Shown here piece after piece: positions 10,022 to 18,244 of a stretch of 64,000 bases of DNA; position 1 is the first letter of the stretch, and the number at the start of each line of letters is the position of its first letter. The notes beneath the pieces were generated by a model. The model did not search any database and was not told where the DNA came from. It was given only the letters and a program-made list of their open reading frames with translations. The DNA is from a bacterium (GTDB lineage: Bacteria > Patescibacteriota > Microgenomatia > Woykebacterales > RBG-16-39-9b): contig JAUYID010000009.1 of the NCBI GenBank assembly GCA_030704665.1, positions 729,702 to 793,701 on the forward strand, given 5' to 3'. A program made the position numbers and the translations under genes.

Positions 10022-10769
10022 AAATACTTGAATACATGTCTTTTTTATCTAATTTATTATCAGCTTCTTGTATAAACGTCTTAATTTTTTCGGAATCCCA
10101 ATTCATATCTTTGTCCTGCCGAGTATTTATATCTTTCATCAACATTATTACTTTTCCCTTATTACCCACATTTTTTATTCCATCGCCGATAGTAACAACT
10201 TGATTGCAATCAATATTATTCAATGTTAAATTGAATGTTAGATTGAAGAGGAAAGTTCTTAAATTCTCTGTAAGCCTTTCTTTAAAAACAGTTTCTGAGA
10301 TATCCTTGGTAGGGTTTTGGGAAAGAAAGAATATCTCCTTTATATACCCAACCCTTTTCATTTTGTTCTGGGAAGGACTATGATGAAATATAATGTCAGA
10401 GAGTTTCCCGACTAAATCTTGAATTTTATCTAATGGAAGTGAAAAGGAAGATATTTCCGTTTGATTAATCCACTGAATGTTTATTTTGTCAAAACTCAAA
10501 TTGCACGCAACTGAATTATCTTTGGATCTAAGTAAAAGCCTTGGTATTTCACGAGGGGCAGTGCTTGGAATTGGTAAAATAATGTTATTTCCATCAGAAA
10601 ATACATCAACCCCATCCCTTATCTCTTCTAACAGGATATTTAAATCAGAAATATAAAAATCTTTTGGGAAAAGAGCTACCTCGTATTTATTTATAACTAA
10701 ATTTCGTTCAGCCATAAGTGGAACGAATTTTATCAAACTTTTAATGAATTTACTAGTCCTTGTTCTCAT
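10014..10769 (-). CDS. hypothetical cytoplasmic protein (no recognisable domain), translationally coupled to the downstream TM protein
   Basis: 251 aa. Overlaps the next gene by 8 nt. AT-rich, with N/K/I-rich composition atypical of the window. Confidence 0.5.
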   Translation of the reverse strand: MRTRTSKFIKSLIKFVPLMAERNLVINKYEVALFPKDFYISDLNILLEEIRDGVDVFSDGNNIILPIPSTAPREIPRLLLRSKDNSVACNLSFDKINIQWINQTEISSFSLPLDKIQDLVGKLSDIIFHHSPSQNKMKRVGYIKEIFFLSQNPTKDISETVFKERLTENLRTFLFNLTFNLTLNNIDCNQVVTIGDGIKNVGNKGKVIMLMKDINTRQDKDMNWDSEKIKTFIQEADNKLDKKDMYSSIFD

Positions 10770-10828
10770 GGTATAGGTGCCAAAAAAACCCCTTGACTTA
10801 GCGCTAAATTTTCATTAATTTATCTTTC

Positions 10829-11995
10829 GTGTCCAAAAAACTGCTCAGTTTTTTCTTTTCAACAATTTTGGTTTTTGCTTTCTCGAAGCAAGCCTTGGCT
10901 AGTTCCTTGCCTGCTCCTACCGTTCCAGACACAGTAAAAGCGACTGAAAATTTTACAGTAAGTTTCAGCCTTAGTCTTGATCCAAATTACAACTACTATG
11001 CAAAGGTAAGACTTGGTACCGAGACAAGCAATCTTAAATATGGGCAAACTTACAACTCAGCATCAGATCAATGGTTAACTGATTCAGATGCTTGGACTTC
11101 TTTTCCAGTTTTTACAACAAACTCTGCTGGTACTTTGTCCGCTAGTTTAACAGCCAAAACTTCAAGTAACGTTGTCCTAGGATCAAATTTAATTCGGATA
11201 GCCGTGAGAAGAACTGACACAAAAACTACTCTTCAGAGCGAAACGGCTAATATCAATGTCGAGGCGGCACCTCCAAACCAAGATTCCGACTCGGATGGTA
11301 ATACTGGCTCAACCGACCCAACTCCAAAGCTTAACTTAAAGCTAGCCTTGTCAGAATTTATGCCCAATCCGGAAACAGGGGAGAAAGAATGGGTCGAAAT
11401 TCGCAATTTGGCCAGCTCTAGCGCTGATCTTTACGGTTGGAAAATTGACGATGGTCCCGCCGGTTCTTCGCCACTGACGCTTGAGGAAAACTCAACTATC
11501 GCCGGCTTTGGCTATAAAGTTTTTTATTTACCTTCGAAGCTAAACAATTCCGGGGACAGCCTTCGTCTCCTCAAACCTGACGGCTCAGAAGCTGACGTGG
11601 TAAATTTCGGGGAAACAACCAAGGGGGTTTCTTTTGCCAAAGGCTCTTCCGGTATCTGGCAACAAACCCTGACCCCGACTCCGGCAGCAGCGAACATTAT
11701 CAACACCGGGGAAGTCCTTGGCTCTACGGATACCAGTAAGTCTTCTCTGACGGAAAATCCCAAAAGCGACAACTATTCACTTGATGTTCTTACCCCTCTG
11801 GAAGCAACTGCCTCAAGCCACTCCGGAAAGCAAGCTAGTCCGGTCAAAAATCTTTTTGCTTCTGAATCCCCAAAGGGTTTCTTTTGGATCTTGGTCGTGA
11901 TTGGAGGTTTTTTGCTAGTAACTTCTTTAACTATTTTTGGGATCAAATCAGGATTTTTCCGAAAAATCTTTTCTAAAAACGCGAAGAGCAGTTGA
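10829..11995 (+). CDS. secreted lamin-tail-domain (LTD) protein with C-terminal TM anchor
   Basis: Signal peptide. LTD signature LSEFMPNPETGEKEWVEIRNLASSSADLYGWKIDDG...GDSLRLLKPDGSEADVV. C-terminal hydrophobic helix plus a basic tail. Confidence 0.65.
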   Translation: MSKKLLSFFFSTILVFAFSKQALASSLPAPTVPDTVKATENFTVSFSLSLDPNYNYYAKVRLGTETSNLKYGQTYNSASDQWLTDSDAWTSFPVFTTNSAGTLSASLTAKTSSNVVLGSNLIRIAVRRTDTKTTLQSETANINVEAAPPNQDSDSDGNTGSTDPTPKLNLKLALSEFMPNPETGEKEWVEIRNLASSSADLYGWKIDDGPAGSSPLTLEENSTIAGFGYKVFYLPSKLNNSGDSLRLLKPDGSEADVVNFGETTKGVSFAKGSSGIWQQTLTPTPAAANIINTGEVLGSTDTSKSSLTENPKSDNYSLDVLTPLEATASSHSGKQASPVKNLFASESPKGFFWILVVIGGFLLVTSLTIFGIKSGFFRKIFSKNAKSS

Positions 11996-12036
11996 GGGGG
12001 TGTGAAAACCCAGCAACTGCTCGTGCGATCTACTCT

Positions 12037-12954
12037 CTACTTATCTCCCGGTATGTAGCAGGTACCAACACTCCCGTCCTCATAGACCAAGCAGACCTTG
12101 ATGAGGCGGGCGGCGTTGACAAAGTCGAGAAACTCTTCCGCGCTCGCCGGCAACTCGATTGGTGCCTCACCAACCGGGCAGACCACCCAATCGTCATTTT
12201 CATGGGGGACTCCCGCTCGAGCTTGATAAGTGCCTCCGGAGTCTTCCCCACAGAGAGAATCTGTGCTTGAGTATGAGACCTCTACGCCATCAGCCAAAAG
12301 TATTGTGGCGCTGAGACTGAAGTTGATGTCCCGGTCCGAGTCGTTGAAAACCCAACCCCGGATCACGAAAACGGGGACATTGGTAACCTCATCCCTCCAG
12401 AACTGGTTGTTGTAGGGCTTGTCCACCCGTTCGAAGCTGACTTTTCCTGCGAGCAAAGTGGCAAAGCCACCCCCTACCTCAATAGTTGCTGCCTCCTCTG
12501 CTTGTTGATCAGCCTCGGCTTGAGCCGTAGCAGCAGCATTTTTCTCTTGCTGCTCGGCTGTAGCGGTGAAGTGGATGTCACTGGCATCGACACTCCAAAT
12601 CCCTTGAGATTTGATCAGGTCAAAGATACCATCTTCTTCGACCTCTGAGGTTCCCTCTTTACGAACGGCGATCAGGTGAACCCGGTAGAGGTAATCGTCG
12701 CCAACACTGTCGTACCAACTCAGGCACTTGATCTCAAGCAGGCCGTCGACACCTTTGAGCGCTTTTTCAGCTACCTGAAGTTGCTCGTCCGTCAGCTTGA
12801 CCTCATCGTCGGCACAGATCGACAGCTTCTCCAAACCTGTACCAGCGATTCTCTGGGGAACCGACGGCTGCTCGACAAGGCGCTTACTCCCCCCACCACA
12901 AGCAGCTGCAATCAAGACCACTGAAGTGGCCAAGAAAATGAACCCTCTCATGAT
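12037..12954 (-). CDS. lipoprotein of unknown function; the start is probably MRGFIFL (12954), not the longest ORF
   Basis: Lipobox LIAAAC-GGG. Acidic A/E/Q-rich middle segment. Confidence 0.55.
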   Translation of the reverse strand: MMRGFIFLATSVVLIAAACGGGSKRLVEQPSVPQRIAGTGLEKLSICADDEVKLTDEQLQVAEKALKGVDGLLEIKCLSWYDSVGDDYLYRVHLIAVRKEGTSEVEEDGIFDLIKSQGIWSVDASDIHFTATAEQQEKNAAATAQAEADQQAEEAATIEVGGGFATLLAGKVSFERVDKPYNNQFWRDEVTNVPVFVIRGWVFNDSDRDINFSLSATILLADGVEVSYSSTDSLCGEDSGGTYQARAGVPHENDDWVVCPVGEAPIELPASAEEFLDFVNAARLIKVCLVYEDGSVGTCYIPGDK

Positions 12955-13089
12955 CCTCTCTCCCTTCCTTAAGTCGTTTTTGTGACTATTAATTATACGC
13001 CCAAAAGGCAATTTTTTCCTTATTTGGCCCCTTGAAAAGGGCTTTCAATTAGGCTAGTTTTAAGGCAAAGCCCATCAACTCAAGCTAAA

Positions 13090-13640
13090 GCCGATTTTTC
13101 TTCTGGGAGGGGGAGATGCTTTTCAAAGTTAATCTAAAGGCAGTTCCAGCCCGACGCCTGCGGCAGATTCTCAAAAACGTCGGTTTGGAAGTAAGCACGA
13201 ATGACATCTGCTTTAACGATCATCGGGTTGGTGGTTTCAACTATGCTAGCGGCAACCTACTCGGATTCACTCTGGAAGAAGCCACGGGCGAAGTCCTGAA
13301 GGCTTGGCTGTCCCGGAACGAACAGTCTTCAAGGTCTAGAAGAATCTTAAGAGTTCTTGGCCTCACCTCGTTCTTGGGCAAATGGAACCAAGACTTAAAG
13401 TACACCGACTCCCATCCTTTCGGGGAAGGGATCTTTATTGGTCCGCTCCCCAAAGAAGACAGCTCAGCTTACCCGGGCGGCGCAGGAACAGTGAAAACTG
13501 TCTCTTTGCGAGAGCGTTTGAGTGCTTCGAAGCACCTTACTCCCCGCCAAAGCCGGCGTCGAGTCAGCCCGCGCAAGTAGTTCCCAACTCTGCTACAGAC
13601 CTGGACCGCTCTTAAATTCGGAGCTAAGGGCGGTCCAGCC
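13090..13640. other. GC-rich non-coding-looking segment (candidate structured RNA or decayed foreign fragment); identity unresolved
   Basis: Local GC is well above its flanks. Overlapping nonsense ORFs on both strands and multiple frames. Strong hairpin GGACCGC...GCGGUCC at approx 13597-13630. No T-arm, tmRNA tag or RNase P P4 could be matched. Confidence 0.2.
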
Positions 13641-13686
13641 AAACCAATTTCTTAAAGACCCTTTTTTGTTGTAAACTCTTTTAGTC

Positions 13687-14085
13687 ATGGAATACTTAAC
13701 TCAAAGCCCAGAGGAAACCAGGCAACTTGGAAAAACCTTGGCGAGCTCTTTAAAATCGAAAGTAATTGTTCTCTTTGGTGAGCTTGGAGCCGGTAAGACT
13801 CACTTTGTTCAAGGTTTAGCACAAGGACTAGGAATAGAAAAAAGAGTCCTCTCGCCAACTTTCATTTTTATCCGACCTTACACGGAAAACAACTTTTATC
13901 ATGTCGATCTTTATCGCCTGGAAAAGGAAAGTGAAATTTCTGCCCTGGGCTTGGAGGAAATTTTGGAAGAAAAGGGTGCCACGATAGTCATCGAGTGGCC
14001 GGAAAAGATTATTAGTAAGTTAAAAGACCCGGTCAAAATCTATTTTGAAAAAGCTTCAGAAAACGAAAGAAAGATCAAGGTTTAG
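13687..14085 (+). CDS. tsaE: tRNA threonylcarbamoyladenosine biosynthesis protein TsaE
   Basis: P-loop FGELGAGKTHFVQG, a conserved SPTF-like segment (LSPTFIFIRPY), approx 130 aa, typical of TsaE/YjeE. Confidence 0.8.
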   Translation: MEYLTQSPEETRQLGKTLASSLKSKVIVLFGELGAGKTHFVQGLAQGLGIEKRVLSPTFIFIRPYTENNFYHVDLYRLEKESEISALGLEEILEEKGATIVIEWPEKIISKLKDPVKIYFEKASENERKIKV

Positions 14086-14140
14086 AAGTTTGAATAGCTA
14101 AAATTAATTTTAAGATTAACTGCTATACTAGTAGGAAACT

Positions 14141-14824
14141 ATGCAAGATTTCAAAATAATTTCCCTTGGCGGCTCCCTGATCTATCCGAAGGATGGTATT
14201 GATGTTTCTTTTCTAAAAAAATTTAAAGCTTTGATACTGCAGTTCATCGAAAAAGGAAACCGCTTTATTATTGTTTGTGGAGGTGGCGCCATCTGCCGTC
14301 ATTATCAACAGGCAGCCACCGAGATTGGCCTTCTTGATCACGAAGACATTGACTGGCTCGGAATTCATTCCACCCACCTCAACGCCCAGCTGATCCGGAC
14401 TATTTTTCGTGACCACGCTCACTTGAAACTTGTTACTCATTACAACGAAGATGAGCCAATCACTGAGCCGATCGCTGTCGGGGCAGGGTGGAAACCAGGC
14501 CATTCAACTGATTACGACGCGATCATGCTTGCCAAAAAATATGGTGCAAAGACGGTAATTAATCTCTCCAACGTAGATCAAGTTTATGACAAAGACCCGA
14601 AAGCTTTTCCCGATGCCAAACCAATTGGAGAAATAAGTTGGCAAGATTTTCGCAAAATCGTTGGCTCAGAATGGAAACCAGGTCTCAACGCTCCTTTTGA
14701 CCCCATCGCTTCACAGCAAGCTCACGAAGCCGGGATCAAGGTTTTAATAATGAATGGTCACAATCTTGAGAATTTCAAAGCTGCACTCGAAGGCAAAGAC
14801 TTCGTCGGGACTGAGATAAGCTAG
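14141..14824 (+). CDS. pyrH: amino-acid-kinase family protein, probable archaeal-type UMP kinase
   Basis: 227 aa. Motifs SLGGSLI...VCGGG...PGHSTDYDA...NVDQVYDKDP fit the short archaeal PyrH layout. Confidence 0.55.
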   Translation: MQDFKIISLGGSLIYPKDGIDVSFLKKFKALILQFIEKGNRFIIVCGGGAICRHYQQAATEIGLLDHEDIDWLGIHSTHLNAQLIRTIFRDHAHLKLVTHYNEDEPITEPIAVGAGWKPGHSTDYDAIMLAKKYGAKTVINLSNVDQVYDKDPKAFPDAKPIGEISWQDFRKIVGSEWKPGLNAPFDPIASQQAHEAGIKVLIMNGHNLENFKAALEGKDFVGTEIS

Positions 14825-14930
14825 TCAAAGAAACCAAGCAAAATTATTATATTTCAAGGAAAATTTCTTTAGTAAGTGTGGTGAGGTTGATGAGGAGAAG
14901 AAGAATCTACTCATCAACCTCTTGTCTTCT

Positions 14931-15120
14931 AGAAACGTCGTTGGTGGACTCAGACGGGTGGTTTACGGAAGGCAAACCACCTAGCACCTTGCTCTACGCA
15001 CCTTTTATCCTCCATCGCCTTGCGGAGTTGGAGAACCTTCTGCGCTCGAGTGTTCACCGAAACCGAAGACCGAACCCACGGAAAAGAAAAACGCATAATC
15101 TCACTCCTTGCGTTTCTATT
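14931..15120. ncRNA. candidate structured small RNA (~190 nt), strand and identity unresolved
   Basis: GC-rich with no credible ORF. 8-bp closing helix UAGAAACG/CGUUUCUA (14931-14938 with 15113-15120) and an internal 8-bp hairpin GGUGGUUU-ACGGAAGGC-AAACCACC. Sits upstream of the pdaD promoter, so it is not that gene's 5' UTR. Confidence 0.3.
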
Positions 15121-15191
15121 AGATAGTATCTATTTTACTACTACATAGCAAATTTTCCACGTTAACGGGAATGTACTATAATTAAGAAAGT

Positions 15192-15686
15192 ATGAAAATA
15201 ATAATAAGTTCGGGAAACGGTACAGGAGAAACGACTTTAGCAGCTTTCGACAACGCTTTGAAAGAAGCAGGAATATATAACTATAATCTGATAAGACTTT
15301 CCTCAATCATTCCTCCCGACTCAGAACTTGTTGAGAAAAAATTTGAGTCGCCAGAAAACGAGTATGGGAACAAGCTTTACGTAGTTCTAGCTGAGGAAAG
15401 AACCGATCAACTAGGCCGAAGCATCGCTGCAGGTATTGCTTGGTACCAGTGGGACGACAAGCGAGGAGTTTTTGCTGAACACCATGATATTGTTGAAACT
15501 CTTGAGGCCGATGAAGCTGAAAGAAATGTTTCAAAAAAACTTGAAGCGACTATCAAAGATTTGTGTGAGTTCAGAGAAATCAAATTTGAAAGAGAAAAGA
15601 TACATATGAAGATCTCTTCCCAAGAGGTCAATCAAAAATCTGCCTGCTCTTTGGTTGCCGCTGTTTATAGTTCTGAGCCCTGGTAA
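15192..15686 (+). CDS. pdaD: pyruvoyl-dependent arginine decarboxylase
   Basis: SSGNGTGETTLAAFDNALKEAGIYNYNLIRLSSIIPP matches the PdaD proenzyme family. 164 aa. Confidence 0.8.
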   Translation: MKIIISSGNGTGETTLAAFDNALKEAGIYNYNLIRLSSIIPPDSELVEKKFESPENEYGNKLYVVLAEERTDQLGRSIAAGIAWYQWDDKRGVFAEHHDIVETLEADEAERNVSKKLEATIKDLCEFREIKFEREKIHMKISSQEVNQKSACSLVAAVYSSEPW

Positions 15687-15793
15687 CCCTATAATACTAT
15701 AGGTTGCTTTATTCTTAACTTTCTGCTACAATCCCTTTAGAAATTGCACACGGTCTGTAAGACCACAACTCAATACCCTAAGGAGGGGATCGC

Positions 15794-16975
15794 ATGAGAA
15801 AGAATGAATGGCCTCTTTTGGTGCTGATTCTGGCCGTGGGAGTGAGTTTTTGGAACCTTACTCTCCCCTCGCCTCTTCAGCCCTACATCGCCTTTTCTCT
15901 GGGTATCAGCCTGGGAGCGGCGGCGCAACTGGTGACGATTTCGGCCGGCGCCATGATCGGAATCCTGCTAGTTTACGGTCTTTTCGGTTCGAGGGTTAGT
16001 CCAAAGTACGTTATTTGGTTTGGTCTGGCTAGCTTAACTTTTGGATCTTGGCTTGCCACAACGACTGACACCTATGGCGCGCTCTTGGCTATTCGCATTC
16101 TTAACGGGTTCGCAGATGGACTGATCTACCCAGCGGCCTGGGTCGCTATCGCCAACTACCTACCACGCAACCGTTGGGCTTTTGGAAACCAATGGATTCT
16201 AATCGGGACAGCCCTTTCAGCTATCTTTGGTCTTCCACTAGCAAACACCTGGGCCGGAGGCGGTGATTGGCAGAGCGCCTTCAAGTGGTTTACTTTAGCG
16301 GGCGCAACAATGCTGCTTCTCAGTCTAACCCTTGCTTTTGCTAAAGAGTACCCACACAAGGAAGTGGAAACGGGAGGATTCCAAACTATCTGGAACAACA
16401 GCTACCTTCGAGGACTTCTTCTCGCCAACATCTTTGTTGCTGCGAGTTGGTTTGGGGTAGTAACCTTCGTAGGAGGTTTCCTTGTCCGCACTTACCAGCC
16501 AACTTCATCCGAAGTCAGCTGGTTTTTCGTCTGCGCTGGAATAGCCTTCACCATAGGTACTTTCATCTTCTCAGAAAACCGAGAAACCCAGAAGAAAATC
16601 GCGATCACCACTGGAGTGTTGGTCATTCCTCTAGCTTTCGTCTTCTTCTGGCTAACCAACGGCTTCTGGACGACAGTTGCTATCGCGTCGGTATACGCAT
16701 TCGTGCGCTCTCCTGGCCTTTTAGCCATGGAAACAATGTTACTTCACGAAACAGAGCGCGCGGCAGCTAGAGTACCCGCCATTGCAGCAGTGGATATGGT
16801 AAGTGCTCTTGGAACCCTAATAGGTGCGGCGCTCGGTGGCATCATTCTTTCGGAAGGAACCTACGCAGGAATAGGGGTGATCTTTTCTGCTTCGGCAGCA
16901 CTTTCACTCTTTTTCCTGGTGAGAACTAACCAAACGAGCTCCAACTACGTGCTGATCAAACCTGTTCACGCATAG
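15794..16975 (+). CDS. MFS transporter
   Basis: 393 aa with approx 12 TM helices. GC-rich relative to the window. Confidence 0.7.
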   Translation: MRKNEWPLLVLILAVGVSFWNLTLPSPLQPYIAFSLGISLGAAAQLVTISAGAMIGILLVYGLFGSRVSPKYVIWFGLASLTFGSWLATTTDTYGALLAIRILNGFADGLIYPAAWVAIANYLPRNRWAFGNQWILIGTALSAIFGLPLANTWAGGGDWQSAFKWFTLAGATMLLLSLTLAFAKEYPHKEVETGGFQTIWNNSYLRGLLLANIFVAASWFGVVTFVGGFLVRTYQPTSSEVSWFFVCAGIAFTIGTFIFSENRETQKKIAITTGVLVIPLAFVFFWLTNGFWTTVAIASVYAFVRSPGLLAMETMLLHETERAAARVPAIAAVDMVSALGTLIGAALGGIILSEGTYAGIGVIFSASAALSLFFLVRTNQTSSNYVLIKPVHA

Positions 16976-16983
16976 GAGAAGCC

Positions 16984-17571
16984 GTGATAAATACCAAACT
17001 TAACGGTCGTCGTCAACACTTAGTTGACTCGATCAAGAACTCACCTGTGACGAAGGTAGTTGCCGGGGCACTAACCGTTAGCCCAGTATTTGCTCTCATG
17101 ATTTGGGATGAAGTGGCCCTCGCAACCCCTATCATTCTGCTAGTAAACCACCTTGGGATAGTTTGGGGTTATGTAGCTTTCTGCACGATCTGGGCTGTCC
17201 TTGGTCTCCTGGCCTTCACGATTTGGCCACAGGTCAAACCAATGGCTGAGTCGTTTATCAACTGGTTGTTACCCAAGAAGGTATCGTTCAAGAGGAAGTC
17301 CAACTCAGGTAACAGGCCTTCGACCAGCAGCCTAAGAAACCGCGTAGTTTTTTGGTTCGCCAAAATCTCTAGATTCCTTGGAGTCCTGGCGGCCGCGATT
17401 CTGCTCGGTCCTGTACTAGGCTGGGCTGTAGTCAAGGTTTTGGGTTTCAGTAACCGTTTTACCTACGGATACATTGTGGTTGGCGCCTGGTTGTTCGGGG
17501 CAATCTGGGTTCCATTCTATGGTGTAGGTGGAATAAGCCTGAGTAGGTTTGTCGAAAGAGTGTTGGGCTAG
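16984..17571 (+). CDS. hypothetical membrane protein
   Basis: 195 aa with 4-5 TM helices. Lies within the GC-rich island. Confidence 0.4.
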   Translation: MINTKLNGRRQHLVDSIKNSPVTKVVAGALTVSPVFALMIWDEVALATPIILLVNHLGIVWGYVAFCTIWAVLGLLAFTIWPQVKPMAESFINWLLPKKVSFKRKSNSGNRPSTSSLRNRVVFWFAKISRFLGVLAAAILLGPVLGWAVVKVLGFSNRFTYGYIVVGAWLFGAIWVPFYGVGGISLSRFVERVLG

Positions 17572-17592
17572 CAAGCCTTAGAAGGAGGTCGT

Positions 17593-18144
17593 GTGGTTGC
17601 AGACACCGGAAAGCGAGAGGGTGCTAAGCACCTTCAGGTTGTGGAAGGGTCAGACCTTGAGGAAGCATGGCAGGTGTATGAAAGCAGCTTCGCGGAAATC
17701 AGGGAAGACCACCCCTGCCGTCAGAGTCTCACCCGGCGTGAATTCAAAGAGTTCATGCGCAATACTGAAATCGTGAAGCTGTTGGTCTACGAGAACGGAG
17801 AACTCGTGGCCGGCAGCCTCTTCACCAAGAACCTCGGTCTCGTACCTTGGATCAGCGAAGCGTACTACAACAAACACTTCCCTGAATACCTAGGTAGGCG
17901 CATGTACGCTCAGAGCTTCTTCGTTCGCCCAGACAAGCGTGGGAGAGGAATTCTCCAAACCCTCGCTAATGAGATCAAGCGTCACATGAAGCAGGAAGGA
18001 ATCGTGGTAACATTCTGCGACTTCGGCGGCCGCAATGAAATCACGTTCACTCTTCTCCTGAAAACGGTTCACGCAAAGTCCTTGCCATCTCGCCTGGTGG
18101 AGATACAGACCTACGACGCAATCATCATCAACGGCGACGATTAA
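17593..18144 (+). CDS. hypothetical protein, possibly GNAT-like acyltransferase fold
   Basis: 183 aa. RGRGILQTL resembles GNAT motif A. This is a weak call. Confidence 0.3.
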   Translation: MVADTGKREGAKHLQVVEGSDLEEAWQVYESSFAEIREDHPCRQSLTRREFKEFMRNTEIVKLLVYENGELVAGSLFTKNLGLVPWISEAYYNKHFPEYLGRRMYAQSFFVRPDKRGRGILQTLANEIKRHMKQEGIVVTFCDFGGRNEITFTLLLKTVHAKSLPSRLVEIQTYDAIIINGDD

Positions 18145-18244
18145 GGGGTAGGAAGATGAGAGATCCTCCGGGGAGTGTACAGCTTTGCCTTGCACTCCCC
18201 ACCCCGCAATTGAAAACACCCCAATAAGCTGTTAAATTTAACAT

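Noticed and set aside
13116-13615. ORFs 13116-13580 (+), 13241-13453 (-) and 13382-13615 (+) as protein genes
   Set aside because: Mutually overlapping, Arg-rich nonsense translations in a GC-rich stretch. This is typical of frame noise over non-coding or decayed sequence.
13090-13640. tmRNA or SRP RNA in the GC-rich segment
   Set aside because: No tRNA-like T-arm (GGUUCGAAUCC-type). No resume-codon tag ending in hydrophobic residues plus stop. The UCCCGGAACGAACAG stretch does not form the SRP domain IV tetraloop helix.
14880-15125. RNase P RNA (rnpB) on the minus strand, suggested by CCGUAAACCACCCG and AAAGGUGCGUAGAGCAAGGUGC resembling P11/P12-region sequences
   Set aside because: The only closing helix that fits spans just approx 190 nt, too short for any bacterial RNase P RNA. 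No complementary P4 strands (GGAAAGUCCGGGC / ACAGAANCCGGCUUA) were found. GGUGCGUAGAGCAAGGUGC is not a hairpin.
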